Sequence record: SRR2962707_526
Direction: 5' to 3' (one strand)
Length of the DNA stretch: 64,000 nt
Part shown: piece after piece, positions 9,667-20,943 of the stretch
Numbering within the stretch: position 1 is the first letter of the stretch
Layout: every line of letters starts with the position of its first letter
Made by a program: the position numbers and the translations under genes
Notes under the pieces: model-generated
The model's database searches: none
Told to the model about the DNA's origin: nothing
Seen by the model: the letters and a program-made list of their open reading frames with translations, nothing else

Positions 9667-11226
9667 ATGGCTTATGCGCAGTTTGGGAGCCTATGTGCTC
9701 TCTTTATTTTGTTTGTGGTTGGGTATTTTCAAACCGCAATACCTCTGCTATACAGCTTGGTCGGTGGTGCTGTTTGCGCGCTTGCTTTGCTGTCTTCCAT
9801 CTTGCTGCGGTCGCGCCCGCAGAAGGCATCAATAGAGCGCAAAGACACGCCGGCAATCGACTATGCTCAGGTGAGCCAAAGCGTAACGCGTGCCACTTCG
9901 AAAATGGCAATGGGGGCGGCTGAAGTGTCCTATTTTGTCGATACGCTTAATAAAGACATTCGCTTTACGAGTGACGACAGCTCGCAAATCTCCCAGGCGG
10001 CACAAGCCTTGTCTGATACCAGTGTGAATTTATCCAAGAATTTGACTCAGGTTGCCCACACCATGAGCGACACGGCCAGCTCCAGTCAAGTTGCTCAATC
10101 CGCCCTGCAAAAAAGCGCTGAGCAAATCAGCGAGCTAACGCAAAAAGTACAGGCCGCCAGTGAGCAGTTAAGCCAATTAACACAAAGTGCAGACGCCATT
10201 GATAGCATTACCAATGTCATCAAAGGGGTGTCTGAGCAAACCAATTTATTGGCGTTAAACGCGGCGATTGAAGCCGCCAGAGCGGGCGAGCAAGGCCGAG
10301 GCTTTGCGGTGGTCGCAGACGAAGTGCGTGCGCTTGCAGGGAAAACAGCAGACGCCACTGAGCAAATATCCACCTTATTGATAGACGTTAGAGAGAACAG
10401 CCAACTCACTAACACTGAAATGGCGGCATTGAAAACCTTGAGTGAATCGCTTGCTGAGACGCTGTTAGGGGAAACAGAGCGTTTTATGGCGCTAACAAGT
10501 GAGGTGCAAAATGCGTCACTTGTGCTTTCTGAGGTAGAAAATACTGGAGAAAGTTTGGGCGCAACAAGTCTGCAGATTAATGAGTCTATTTCTCGTATCA
10601 GCGAGGCTCTGCACAGTATTAATGGACGCAGTGAAGAGTTATCTGGCGAAGCTTCTGGGTTGAGCGCAGGTGCTGAAGTGGTGTTCAGAGAGTTGGATAA
10701 AGTCGATCAATTGTTGTTCTTTTCTGAGTTAGTGGCCACGGCGAAAGCCACCGCTAAACACATAGGGCAGCTGTATGAAACCGCGATTGCAGAGGGCGAG
10801 TTGTCACAAAGTGATGTGTTTTCTAAACAATATCAAGCCATTGAAAACACGCGCCCACAAAAGTTCAGCACCCCTTATAACGACTTTACCGATCGTACTT
10901 TTCCTCAGTATCAAGAAAAGGTACTCGAACAACACAGTGAGGTAATTTTCGCCGGGGCAGTGGATGTGAACGGTTATTTTCCGACCCACAATAACAAGTT
11001 CAATCAGCCGCTGACCGGAGACTATGATACGGATTTGGCGAATAACCGAAGTCGTCGTATTTTTGATGATCCGACAGGACGTCGTTGTGGTGCCCACCAA
11101 GAAAGCTTTTTATTGCAAACGTATAAGCGCGACACGGGCGAGATTCTCCATGATTTGTCGGTGCCTATTTATGTCAATGGTCAGCATTGGGGAGGGTTTC
11201 GAGTCGGCTTTACGCCCGCTTTATAA
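9667..11226 (+). CDS. Methyl-accepting chemotaxis protein with extra C-terminal domain
   Basis: [32 protein letters not shown]; two adjacent N-terminal TM segments; C-terminal domain ending [28 protein letters not shown]. Confidence 0.9.
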   Translation: MAYAQFGSLCALFILFVVGYFQTAIPLLYSLVGGAVCALALLSSILLRSRPQKASIERKDTPAIDYAQVSQSVTRATSKMAMGAAEVSYFVDTLNKDIRFTSDDSSQISQAAQALSDTSVNLSKNLTQVAHTMSDTASSSQVAQSALQKSAEQISELTQKVQAASEQLSQLTQSADAIDSITNVIKGVSEQTNLLALNAAIEAARAGEQGRGFAVVADEVRALAGKTADATEQISTLLIDVRENSQLTNTEMAALKTLSESLAETLLGETERFMALTSEVQNASLVLSEVENTGESLGATSLQINESISRISEALHSINGRSEELSGEASGLSAGAEVVFRELDKVDQLLFFSELVATAKATAKHIGQLYETAIAEGELSQSDVFSKQYQAIENTRPQKFSTPYNDFTDRTFPQYQEKVLEQHSEVIFAGAVDVNGYFPTHNNKFNQPLTGDYDTDLANNRSRRIFDDPTGRRCGAHQESFLLQTYKRDTGEILHDLSVPIYVNGQHWGGFRVGFTPAL

Positions 11227-11262
11227 GCGGGCGCTTGCCGTCGCTGTTTGATGTCGAGGTGG

Positions 11263-13287
11263 CTAAACCAGTTTGGCCAGCAGCACGCCTCTATACTCAC
11301 AAACAAGTGTGTCCTTCTCAATGCTCATTCCAGGGGTTTGGTAAAGCACATCGAGTGTGCTTGCATTGCTGGGTAGCGGCACATTGAGCGGATGGTCTTC
11401 TCGATAGAAGACCAACCAAAGTCGATTTGATAAATCAGCAGAGGTCAGGGTTAAAGCCAAATAATCCCGTTCGCTTTCTGCCCAGTCGTGTTCAGACATG
11501 GGTTGGCTGAACTGATTGAGCCATTCTATGTGATCGGGTTCAAGGTGCTGATAAAGCGGGTCATCCTCAAGGTAGACCTCCGCTAATATAGGGTAGGCTT
11601 TACGAATCGTCATTAGGCTAGAAATGGCCTCTTGCAAGGCGTTTCGAGCGCTGCTTTCTTGCCATGATAACCAGGTTATCTCATTGTCCTGACAGTAGGC
11701 GTTATTGTTGCCTTGTTGACTATGAGACAGTTCGTCTCCCCCTAGAAAGTGAGGCGTTCCTTGGCTGAGCAGCAAGGTGGCGATAAAACAAAGTTGCTGG
11801 TTGAGGCGTTTACTTTGTATGTCGGCGTTGTCTGTTGGCCCTTCCTGACCGAAATTTTGACTGATATTGTCGCCATGACCGTCACGGTTGTTTTCCATAT
11901 TGGCCAGGTTATGACGGCGGTGATAAGACACCAGATCATTCAGTGTGTAACCGTCGTGATAGGTAATATAGTTCACCGAGTGCAGGGCGCTGCGTCGGCC
12001 TTTGTGAAAGTAATCCCGGGACCCCATCAAGCGGGTGGCGAAAACAGGGGTAAGCCCTTCGTCACCGCGCCAAAAGCGTCGGATAGTGTCACGGTATTGA
12101 TCGTTGCATTCTAAAAAGCCGCGCGGAAATTGTCCGACCTGATAGCCGTCTGGTCCTATGTCCCAAGGCTCCATGACTAAGCAGCTGTTGCTTAAAATAG
12201 GGTCTTGTAAAATGGCCTGTAACAAGGGCGCTTTAGGGGAAAAGTCGTGGTCTGTTCGACCCATGTCGACCCCAAGATCAAAGCGGAAACCGTCCACTCC
12301 CATGACCTCTACCCAATAACGCATGCTGTCACAGATGAGGCGAATGGAGGCGGAGTGATACGTATCAAAGCAGTTGCCGCAACCTGTGTAATTCAAATAC
12401 TCACCGTCTGCATGACGGTAGTAATGGGCGTTATCCAGACCGCGATAGCAAACACTGGATTGGTTTAACTCACTTTCGGCGGTGTGGTTATACACCACAT
12501 CGAGGATGACCTCAAAACCCGCATGACGTAAGCCGTCTACCATGGCTTGGAATTCTGCGATGGCGTCTTGGTGCGCATAAGAGGTTTCTACTGCGAAAAA
12601 GCTAATGGGATTATAGCCCCAGTAATTTTTCAGATTGAGTTCTTGTAAGTGTCTTTCATTGGCAAAACTAAAGCAGGGCATGAGTTGAATCGTGGTAATG
12701 CCTAAGGCGCGAAGGTGGGCGATGCCTGGGTCTGAAATGACGCCTAAATAGGTGCCTTTTAATGCTTCATCGATAGGCAGTTGCTGACTAAAACCTTTCA
12801 CATGCAATTCATAAATGGCTCGGTGTGGAGGCTCTACGTTAACGCGCGCTGGGCGTTGCGAAGTTGGCGCAACGGTTTTGACTATCGACTTAGGCACACA
12901 GTAGGCGGAATCTGTAAGGTGAGGGTCGCCTTCTACCGTGAGCGCTGCTTGATCGGCATGCCAGACAAGTTTTTCACTCAGTGCTTTCGCGTAGGGATCG
13001 ATCAGTAATTTGTGCTCATTAAAGAGTTGCTGCTGGCTTGGGTCGAAAGGTCCCTTGGCACGCAGTCCATAACGCTGATTCTCGGTTATCCCCAACACTT
13101 CCATATGCCAAATTCCCCGTTCTTTGGCAATAAAGGGCAGGCGCTCAATCTCATTATCTTGCTCATCAAAAAGGCAAAGCAATAGTTCTGTGGCGTCTTC
13201 TGAAGTAACGGCAAAATTAACGCCTTTGTCTGTCACACTTGCCCCTAATGGAAAAGGCTGACCGTGGTTAACGGTATAGGTGTCCAT
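11263..13287 (-). CDS. glgX: Glycogen debranching enzyme (GH13)
   Basis: PFPLGA, IYELHVKGF, NYWGYNP, DVVYNHTAE, VDGFRFDL, EPWD, YITYHDGYTL, QGNNNAYCQDN. Confidence 0.93.
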   Translation of the reverse strand: MDTYTVNHGQPFPLGASVTDKGVNFAVTSEDATELLLCLFDEQDNEIERLPFIAKERGIWHMEVLGITENQRYGLRAKGPFDPSQQQLFNEHKLLIDPYAKALSEKLVWHADQAALTVEGDPHLTDSAYCVPKSIVKTVAPTSQRPARVNVEPPHRAIYELHVKGFSQQLPIDEALKGTYLGVISDPGIAHLRALGITTIQLMPCFSFANERHLQELNLKNYWGYNPISFFAVETSYAHQDAIAEFQAMVDGLRHAGFEVILDVVYNHTAESELNQSSVCYRGLDNAHYYRHADGEYLNYTGCGNCFDTYHSASIRLICDSMRYWVEVMGVDGFRFDLGVDMGRTDHDFSPKAPLLQAILQDPILSNSCLVMEPWDIGPDGYQVGQFPRGFLECNDQYRDTIRRFWRGDEGLTPVFATRLMGSRDYFHKGRRSALHSVNYITYHDGYTLNDLVSYHRRHNLANMENNRDGHGDNISQNFGQEGPTDNADIQSKRLNQQLCFIATLLLSQGTPHFLGGDELSHSQQGNNNAYCQDNEITWLSWQESSARNALQEAISSLMTIRKAYPILAEVYLEDDPLYQHLEPDHIEWLNQFSQPMSEHDWAESERDYLALTLTSADLSNRLWLVFYREDHPLNVPLPSNASTLDVLYQTPGMSIEKDTLVCEYRGVLLAKLV

Positions 13288-13385
13288 AACGTCTCCTTGA
13301 TGAAGAAACGCCCGTTATAAACGGGCGAGTCACTACGCTGTGTTCATTAGATAGTGCGCACTTTGAATTGCAAAAGCCCGATCAA

Positions 13386-15593
13386 TTAAGAGGCGAGCCA
13401 TTTTAGAAAGACCGCAGAAAGTGGCGGCACTTTCACCACGATACTGTGTGCCTTACCATGACTAGAAACCGCTTCTGTTGTGTATATATGATCGCTGGTT
13501 AAGCCTTCATAATGCAGGTAATCACTGCCTTGGTATTTGCTTTCGTCGGTGTTAAACGCCACTTGATAGCGGCCAGACTCAGGCACACCAATGCGGTAAC
13601 TGCCTTGTGGAACTGGCGTAAAGTTGGTGATCACAACACCGTGTTCGGCGTTGTTTTTCGCTTTGCGCACAAAGACCAAAATACTGTTGGCACTGTCGTC
13701 ATAGCTGATCCACTCAAAGCCAAGGCCTGAATGATCCAGGTGCAACGCAGACTCATTTTTATACAAGTGGTTGAGATCTTGGCTAAGCGCCTGCTGCCCT
13801 TGATGGTAATTAATATCAAGAAGATGCCAATCCAATGAACGTTCATGACTCCATTCTCGACCTTGTGCAAACTCATTGCCCATAAAGTTCAGTTTCTTAC
13901 CCGGGTGGAAATACATATAGGCGGTAAACACTCGCAAGTTAGCGAATTTCTGCCATGGATCGCCGGGCATTTTCTCTATCATAGAGCCTTTACCATGCAC
14001 CACTTCATCGTGAGAAAGCGGCAATACAAATTGCTCATCGTAGGCGTATACCATGCTAAAGGTCAGCTCACCTTGATGATACTTGCGGTGTACTGAGTCT
14101 TTTTTGATGTACTCAAGCGAGTCATTCATCCACCCCATATTCCATTTAAAGCCAAAGCCAAGGCCGTCCATATAGGTGGGTTTAGAGACGCCAGGGAAGG
14201 CGGTGGATTCTTCTGCCACAGTAAAGCAGCGAGGGTGATTGAGGTAGACGGTTTCGTTTAAGCGGCGCAAAAACGCAATCGCTTCATAGTTGTGGTTGCC
14301 GCCATCTTTATTCGGTATCCATTCGCCCTCTTCACGGGAGTAATCCAGATACAGCATGGAGGCGACGGCATCGACACGTAAGCCATCGATGTGGAACTCT
14401 TCTAACCAGTACACAGCGTTACTGATTAAGTAGTTCACCACATGCTCTTTCCCAAAATCGTAAATCAGAGAATTCCACTCAGGGTGCCAGCCTTTTTTCG
14501 GGTCTGGGTATTCGTACTGTTTTGATCCATCAAAGTTGGCTAACCCGTGGCTATCGTCAGGGAAATGCGCCGGTACCCAATCCATGATGACGCTGATGTT
14601 TACTTGGTGCAGTGCATCCACCAAGGCTTTGAATTCTTCCGCTGTGCCAAAGCGAGAGGTTACCGCATACAAGCCAACCGGCTGATAGCCCCAAGACCCA
14701 TCAAATGGGTATTCGGTAATGGGCAGTAACTCCACATGGGTGTAGCCCATTGTTTCGACGTAAGGCACTAATTCATCAATCAGTTCTAAGTAGGTAAGTG
14801 GCTTATTGTCTGCTTTACGACGCCATGAGCCCAGGTGCAGCTCATAGATGCTCATTGGTTTTTCATAGATGTCTTCAACCGGACGAGTGGTCCATGCGCT
14901 GTCTTGCCACTGATGTTTGTGGTCGAAGCAGGTCACACTGGCGAACGACGGGTATTGCTCAATGCGTTGTGCGTAGGGGTCTGTACGATGGGGCAATAAG
15001 TCACCATTGTTGGCGCGAATCTCATACTTGTAACGTACCCCATGATTGACATCAGGCACGAACAAACGCCAGATGCCATCGCCGCTGCTGGACATAGGAT
15101 GAGCGCTGCCATCCCAGCCATTAAAATCGCCCACCACAGAGACCGAACGAGCCGCTGGAGCATAGACGGCAAAGCGGGTGCCATTGATCGTCAGTGTGGC
15201 GTTTATCTCGGCGCCAAGCTGGATAGCCCCTTGGTTTTTGTACAGACAGGCTTGATGGTGTTCTGGGTCTGAAAACGTGGTACTGGCAAATTGGTATGGG
15301 TCGACGATGGTGAACACATTATCGCCATAGGCCACTTGGAGTCGGTAATGAAAGTGTGTTTTCTGCTTTGGTAGGTGCAAATAAAACAAGCCTTCTTGGC
15401 TTACTAGGGACATCTCACCCAATACCGTATCATTACTGATTTCTAACACACTGATTGCGGTGGCGCCTGGGCGCCACACAGTGAGAGAAAGTCCTTTTTT
15501 ATTGTCTTCTTGATGTAAGCCTAAGCAACCAAATGGGTCGGCACAACGCGCGTTCAAAACATCATTAATAAGAACATTTTTAAGCAGATCCAT
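13386..15593 (-). CDS. glgB: 1,4-alpha-glucan branching enzyme
   Basis: IYELHLGSW, SWGYQP, DWVPAHF, DGLRVDAVASMLY, AEEST, LSHDEVVHGK. Confidence 0.96.
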   Translation of the reverse strand: MDLLKNVLINDVLNARCADPFGCLGLHQEDNKKGLSLTVWRPGATAISVLEISNDTVLGEMSLVSQEGLFYLHLPKQKTHFHYRLQVAYGDNVFTIVDPYQFASTTFSDPEHHQACLYKNQGAIQLGAEINATLTINGTRFAVYAPAARSVSVVGDFNGWDGSAHPMSSSGDGIWRLFVPDVNHGVRYKYEIRANNGDLLPHRTDPYAQRIEQYPSFASVTCFDHKHQWQDSAWTTRPVEDIYEKPMSIYELHLGSWRRKADNKPLTYLELIDELVPYVETMGYTHVELLPITEYPFDGSWGYQPVGLYAVTSRFGTAEEFKALVDALHQVNISVIMDWVPAHFPDDSHGLANFDGSKQYEYPDPKKGWHPEWNSLIYDFGKEHVVNYLISNAVYWLEEFHIDGLRVDAVASMLYLDYSREEGEWIPNKDGGNHNYEAIAFLRRLNETVYLNHPRCFTVAEESTAFPGVSKPTYMDGLGFGFKWNMGWMNDSLEYIKKDSVHRKYHQGELTFSMVYAYDEQFVLPLSHDEVVHGKGSMIEKMPGDPWQKFANLRVFTAYMYFHPGKKLNFMGNEFAQGREWSHERSLDWHLLDINYHQGQQALSQDLNHLYKNESALHLDHSGLGFEWISYDDSANSILVFVRKAKNNAEHGVVITNFTPVPQGSYRIGVPESGRYQVAFNTDESKYQGSDYLHYEGLTSDHIYTTEAVSSHGKAHSIVVKVPPLSAVFLKWLAS

Positions 15594-15612
15594 TCACTTC
15601 TCCAACCAGGGT

Positions 15613-18600
15613 TTAGTGTTTTTTATCAGATTGTATTTGGTGTTGACGGCTGTGTAGTTTGCTGACCGCCCAGCGTAAATATTGATTAACCTTACTGAGT
15701 GTCAATTGCGCGAATTCATCTAAGGCTGCTTCTGCTAAATTGTCTTTAGGGTGGTCCACTCGGTACTGTTTGGCATGATCGAGCGCTGCATGAGAGACCA
15801 AAACAGGCAAATTGATTTCGTGTTCAAATCGACAGTTTTTATGTTGCTGGCAAAATTGAATGTAGGCGTACAGGCCTTCAAAAATTAAACTCTTATACCA
15901 GCTAGGGTGAATGTCGAAGGTTAATGACTCGATGAGCACCGCAAAAGTATCTTCACCCGGTGTCATGGAACTGAGTGTTTGTTTGCAATCGAGCGTGGTG
16001 TTGCTCTGAACATCGCCAAACACAATGGAGTCCACATGATGCAGACTTTCCCATAATTGCTGTAACATCGACTCGGGCAGTTTAGTGATCATTCCTTGCT
16101 CTTCTCGCCAGTCAAACCAATCCACATCCTTCATTTTCATATCATTGGCATCCACATTGTGGTGGTAGCGGACATTATTAGCAACCTGAGTGAATTCAAT
16201 GTGTTTTTGTTGCAGAACGTCGGTGAGCACATTATAGAGTTCGTTCGGCGACACATGGGACAGGGTTTCAAAGACAGGTGCACTCTCTTCTGGGTCAAAG
16301 TGGCGCGCACAAAGCATCGCCAAACTGTGGATTCGTAGGGTTCTTACGCCGGCGAAATAGTCTGGATGCACTTTAATCAGCGTACCGGCAATGGCGATCA
16401 GCTCATAGCTAAGCACCATGCTAAGAGAAGAAGATGAGGTGGATTTTAGTAAAGCCAAAATGTCATCTTGATGCAACGGCAAGGAGATGTTGGTTTCGTC
16501 TTCTGGGTTTTCGCCAAGCACCAATAGTCGCTGACGCACCGTAATGTCTGCGATATAGGTTGCCAGATCCGTAGAAGGTTTCAGCATCAAAGAAAATAAC
16601 AAGCGAGACGCTTTCCAGTTGCCACTTAAGAGCGCTTGGGTGTACACAGATTTCAGCACTTTGTAAGCGGTGACCGCAGGGGTTGAGTCAGGTACGGTAT
16701 TCATCAGCGCGCGCCTAGCACCGAGTTCAATCAAGCAATCAATGGCTTCCTCAAGAGAAGGGCGCTCGTTTAAGCGAGTCAATAATTGCTCTGTGTCTAT
16801 GGTGTGCATCTTGCTGCTGTCGTAGTCCTGCGGTTGTGTCGCAAGTTGCCAAGGCGCTTGATGAACGGGCAAGGTGGTGCCAAGCTCGTAGCGTTCAGGG
16901 GAGGTGATGGTAATGGTTCTACGACTCCCAGATTTGAACGCGTTTTTCGCCGATTGTGGGATGACTCGAAACTCTTCTAGTTCGCGTTTTTGCAGCTGAC
17001 GAATAAACTCAAATAATTCATCTGCACCCAGCATTTCACTCAGAGCATCATCAATGAGAATGGTAAAAACCGCATTCGCTGGGTAATACCAGTGTTGTGC
17101 AATAATGCTGAGTTCATTGCGAATGTGTGTTTGGAATAAGGCTGGGTCAATTTTCCGGTAGTCTTTGTCTTCGTTCTGAATCCACGACAAACAAAGGTAA
17201 TTATCCTCATTAATATGGAAAGGCTGAGACGTCGCTAAGCTGTTTAATGCGCGATCAGGGCGGCCAGTTAACCCTAAGCTTGATGACACGCCAAGGTGTT
17301 GATAGGTCTCGACCAATTGCTTGGCACTAATGGCTTTTAATGGCGCGATTTCCTCTACCGTTTGGCATAAACAGCCAGCCGCGAGTAGTTTTTCTTTGAC
17401 GGCGTTGTTCTGTGCCAAAATCACCATAGAGGTTGTGACTTTATTTGGGCGGTACTGGATTTTATGCAGCCCTAAGGGGTCGAGATCATCGGTTTTAATA
17501 AGCTCGTCATCGAGCATTTTCCCAACCAAATACAAGCTCTGAGCCCACACGAGAGGAAGGTTGTCATTCGGTACGCGCGCTTGGGAACCTGGGTTTTCTT
17601 TTTCCGCTAGGATGTTTTCTTCTGGCACATAATACAGCTCAGGAAGCAGCATTTGCCCGTCTTTTTCGATCATCAATCCTTCGAGTTTATAGCGGTAAAA
17701 GTTAGCGCTTTCCCAGTCACGAGCAAACAATCGGTCAATGTATAAATAGGTAAAGAAAAGCGGCCATTCCGATTCAATGTGCTCGAAATTGATCAACTCA
17801 TTGTACTCGTAATAAATGCGGCTTTGGTCTTCTAGAACAGACTGGTGACCGTCCAATAGAAAACGTTTACAGCCGTATTCACCGCCAAGTTTATCGAGGA
17901 TCTCTTGTCGTGTGCGCCTTGCCAGTTTTTCATCGTTGACGGCAAACGCGGGGAAACTGATGATGCTGAGCAGTGCGCTATCGACTTCTTTAGAGCGAGA
18001 CTCTTTTGGCAGCAACGATTGTAAAACAGACCCAGCACGCGCGACCGCGTCGGCAAACGAATGGATAACTGACCATTCTGGTCCGTCTTCGCCAAAGAGG
18101 TTTAAACCGTCTAGGGCTTCCATCGCGGCTTTTGCCATGCCAACGGAGCTGGCGTTAATTTCGGCTTTGCCATTGTTGACCTTATTGCCTCGCTCCCAAA
18201 TGCCATAATCTGGTGTGCGATAAGTGCGAGAGATGTAGTAAATAAGGTTTTGAATAAAATTGGCTTCATCGCGAGAGAAGATGATCTTGCTGCCCGCTTT
18301 GGTCATTTGTGCCAACATCAGTAGGTAAAAGCTGGTGGCATCAATTTGCAAGTGTCCCCAAGCGTCGTCCGCGACGGCTTCTAACCCTGTCTTGGTATCG
18401 TACTTGGCGTGTAATGCGTCCTTGGGGTCAAGGCTGTGTTTAAAGGCTTCTACTTTGTGGGATTGGCGCATCATTGCGAACAGCAAACCGCGCATCATTT
18501 TAATGCAGGCGTGTTCTAATTCATGGGCGCGTTTATCGGGGTTTGAAGCCCGCTTATAGGCGAGGTGTAATGCCCACACTGCTTGAATACTGTAGACATT

Positions 18601-18750
18601 ATCTCGTACCCACGCATCCGTGTAGTTGCCGTGATTGTTAATGCTGGTGCTGGCCGGAAATAAGCCAGTCACTGGGTGTTGTCGAGTAAGGATGACCGCT
18701 TGAATGTGTTGGTAAAGAGAATCCAGCTTTTCTTGTGTATCAAACGCCAT
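15613..18750 (-). CDS. GH15-domain protein resembling phosphorylase kinase alpha/beta regulatory subunits
   Basis: DAWVRDNVY, WGHLQIDATS, PDYGIWERG, ESRSKEVD, YGCKRFLLDG, IESEWPLF, LPELYYVP, LVWAQSLY; C-terminal SMTPGE; 1045 aa. Confidence 0.85.
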   Translation of the reverse strand: MAFDTQEKLDSLYQHIQAVILTRQHPVTGLFPASTSINNHGNYTDAWVRDNVYSIQAVWALHLAYKRASNPDKRAHELEHACIKMMRGLLFAMMRQSHKVEAFKHSLDPKDALHAKYDTKTGLEAVADDAWGHLQIDATSFYLLMLAQMTKAGSKIIFSRDEANFIQNLIYYISRTYRTPDYGIWERGNKVNNGKAEINASSVGMAKAAMEALDGLNLFGEDGPEWSVIHSFADAVARAGSVLQSLLPKESRSKEVDSALLSIISFPAFAVNDEKLARRTRQEILDKLGGEYGCKRFLLDGHQSVLEDQSRIYYEYNELINFEHIESEWPLFFTYLYIDRLFARDWESANFYRYKLEGLMIEKDGQMLLPELYYVPEENILAEKENPGSQARVPNDNLPLVWAQSLYLVGKMLDDELIKTDDLDPLGLHKIQYRPNKVTTSMVILAQNNAVKEKLLAAGCLCQTVEEIAPLKAISAKQLVETYQHLGVSSSLGLTGRPDRALNSLATSQPFHINEDNYLCLSWIQNEDKDYRKIDPALFQTHIRNELSIIAQHWYYPANAVFTILIDDALSEMLGADELFEFIRQLQKRELEEFRVIPQSAKNAFKSGSRRTITITSPERYELGTTLPVHQAPWQLATQPQDYDSSKMHTIDTEQLLTRLNERPSLEEAIDCLIELGARRALMNTVPDSTPAVTAYKVLKSVYTQALLSGNWKASRLLFSLMLKPSTDLATYIADITVRQRLLVLGENPEDETNISLPLHQDDILALLKSTSSSSLSMVLSYELIAIAGTLIKVHPDYFAGVRTLRIHSLAMLCARHFDPEESAPVFETLSHVSPNELYNVLTDVLQQKHIEFTQVANNVRYHHNVDANDMKMKDVDWFDWREEQGMITKLPESMLQQLWESLHHVDSIVFGDVQSNTTLDCKQTLSSMTPGEDTFAVLIESLTFDIHPSWYKSLIFEGLYAYIQFCQQHKNCRFEHEINLPVLVSHAALDHAKQYRVDHPKDNLAEAALDEFAQLTLSKVNQYLRWAVSKLHSRQHQIQSDKKH

Positions 18751-19077
18751 ATGTCGATGCCTCGGAAGCGAAAACGCTTTAAAACTGCCATGGTGTGTAA
18801 TGCATGGCGTGAAACAATAATGGAGGTCTGAAAGAAACAGGACCGTCCTTTCTCTTCTCTAAGCATATGGTGACTGGCGATGAAGATAAAGTAGTAAAAT
18901 AACTTCTTCTCTATTCTTCTATGTTGTTACCCTGATTGAGGATGGCCGTGAATTAATCAGGGTTTTGCTCTCAGTTCAGTTGCTTAGGTTGATAAAAACA
19001 AAGCAAGATTAGTGCCCAATTTGGCTTGGCAAAGCGCTCTGTGGCTCTAATAACAAGCAAACAGAGCGCTTTGCGAC

Positions 19078-20697
19078 CTAGATACGAAACTGTTTCACCA
19101 AACCACGTAATTGTGTCGCGCATTCTTGTAAATTTTCCACAGACGTTTGAATGTCGTGAGAATTTACGGTGGTGGTTTCGCACACTTGCGCAATTTTTTC
19201 TAACGTGGCGTTCACCGTGTTAGACGAATGGTGCTGACGGTTGGCGGCTTCTGTTATCTGGCTGTTGAGATCAGAGATGGATAATACGCCGTTGGCGATG
19301 TCGGTAAATGCCTGACTCGCTTCTGCGGTTTTTTCGGCCCCTTCATTGGCGGTATTTTGCGCTGTTTCCATGACCCGCACTGAAACCAGCGTTTGCTGGG
19401 TCAGCTCGTCGATGAGTGTGCCGATTTCGGTGGCGGCCAATTGAGAGCGCTGTGCCAATTGTCGCACTTCGTCTGCGACCACGGCAAAGCCACGACCTTG
19501 CTCGCCCGCTCTTGCCGCTTCTATCGCCGCATTGAGCGCCAATAAATTGGTTTGATCGGCGACTTCCGAAATAATACTTAAGCGCTCATTGATGTTGGTC
19601 ACATCGGCTCTTAGTTGATGCACTTGCTTAGTCGCATTGCCCACTTCTGAAGAAAGCTGTTGGATCTCTTGCTGTGCTTTGTCCATGACCCCTAAGCCTT
19701 GTTTTGAGTGCTGGCCTAGTTGTTGGGCTGTTTGGCTGGCTTGTTCTGCCATGGCTAAGGTGGCTTCTACCGCCATGAGAACGTCTTGCATAAGTGACGC
19801 TGCTTGCTCGGTATCATTGAGCTGTACCGTTACGCTGGAAACGGTTTTTTGTGTGGAATGATTGGTTTGGCCGACAATGTTATCTAGCGTTTCACTGGAG
19901 TTGCTGACTTTGCCGACAATGGATTGAAAGTCGCCCATCATGCTGTTGAAGGCGGCGGCCATTTCGCCCATTTCATCATGACCATTAAATTCCACACGGC
20001 GTGTTAAATCGCCCGATTTTTTCACCGCGCTCATGGTGTTACACAGGCTGGTGATGCGCGCCGTCACTAAGTGAATGATGTAGAGCGCTGTGCCGCCGAC
20101 GACCACGGTAAGCACGCCCACTAAAATGGCGTAATTGATAATGGCGTTGAGGAACATTTCCCATACGGTGTCCATTGACTCAGTCGCCACCAAGGTGAGT
20201 TGCCATGGGGCATAAACATAGGCGCTGGCGATCACTCGGTGGGTTTGCTTATCACTTCCTTGATAGTCAAAGCGAAAAGTTCGCACAGAACGCTTGTCTT
20301 TGCTTAGGGTCGGCTGAGCATTCGAAAAGGCAGAGATAAGGGAGCTAGGCGCAGATTTACCAGCATAATTATCGGCGGCGATCAGCTGTGCATGGTTGTT
20401 GTCGAGAACCCAGAGGCCTTGTTGATCCCCGTAGCGAATGTGAGATAGGGCGAGCATTGCCTGTTCTCTGGCTTGCTGTGCGGTTATTTTTTCGGCTTGT
20501 TGAGCCTGATAAATCGGCAAAATAATAGAGTGCGCAATACTCAGTACATCTTGTGTATGGCTTTCTCTATCGTGAATGCTACTTTGGAAAAGAGTGCCTA
20601 ATGACACGAGAATCAAGGCCGTTGTGCCGATCGACATAAGACCGATAATTGCCCATAGCTTATAACGTATTTTGATGTTATTAATCCGGTTTAACAT
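19078..20697 (-). CDS. Methyl-accepting chemotaxis protein (Cache-type sensor, HAMP, signalling domain)
   Basis: TM-periplasmic-TM topology, IRYG, GDLTRRV..DEMGEMA HAMP, conserved signalling hairpin. Confidence 0.92.
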   Translation of the reverse strand: MLNRINNIKIRYKLWAIIGLMSIGTTALILVSLGTLFQSSIHDRESHTQDVLSIAHSIILPIYQAQQAEKITAQQAREQAMLALSHIRYGDQQGLWVLDNNHAQLIAADNYAGKSAPSSLISAFSNAQPTLSKDKRSVRTFRFDYQGSDKQTHRVIASAYVYAPWQLTLVATESMDTVWEMFLNAIINYAILVGVLTVVVGGTALYIIHLVTARITSLCNTMSAVKKSGDLTRRVEFNGHDEMGEMAAAFNSMMGDFQSIVGKVSNSSETLDNIVGQTNHSTQKTVSSVTVQLNDTEQAASLMQDVLMAVEATLAMAEQASQTAQQLGQHSKQGLGVMDKAQQEIQQLSSEVGNATKQVHQLRADVTNINERLSIISEVADQTNLLALNAAIEAARAGEQGRGFAVVADEVRQLAQRSQLAATEIGTLIDELTQQTLVSVRVMETAQNTANEGAEKTAEASQAFTDIANGVLSISDLNSQITEAANRQHHSSNTVNATLEKIAQVCETTTVNSHDIQTSVENLQECATQLRGLVKQFRI

Positions 20698-20943
20698 AGG
20701 CTTTTCCCTAGAAAATATCTTCCTTATTCTACGGTCGCGATGCGCATAACTCGAATCTAAAACATTGATCTAGATCACAGAAAAAGGAATCAGTCGGGCT
20801 TTGCGCATCTTTTTGAGCTTTTCAAAACAGAGATTTAGAAAACCGCTTTGCTGGTTTTGTAATACCGCATTTTAAGAAGGCTCTTTTTTAGCGAGAAACA
20901 AGGTAGACTTAACGACTTTCCTTGATGATGGCATTTAGAGTCT

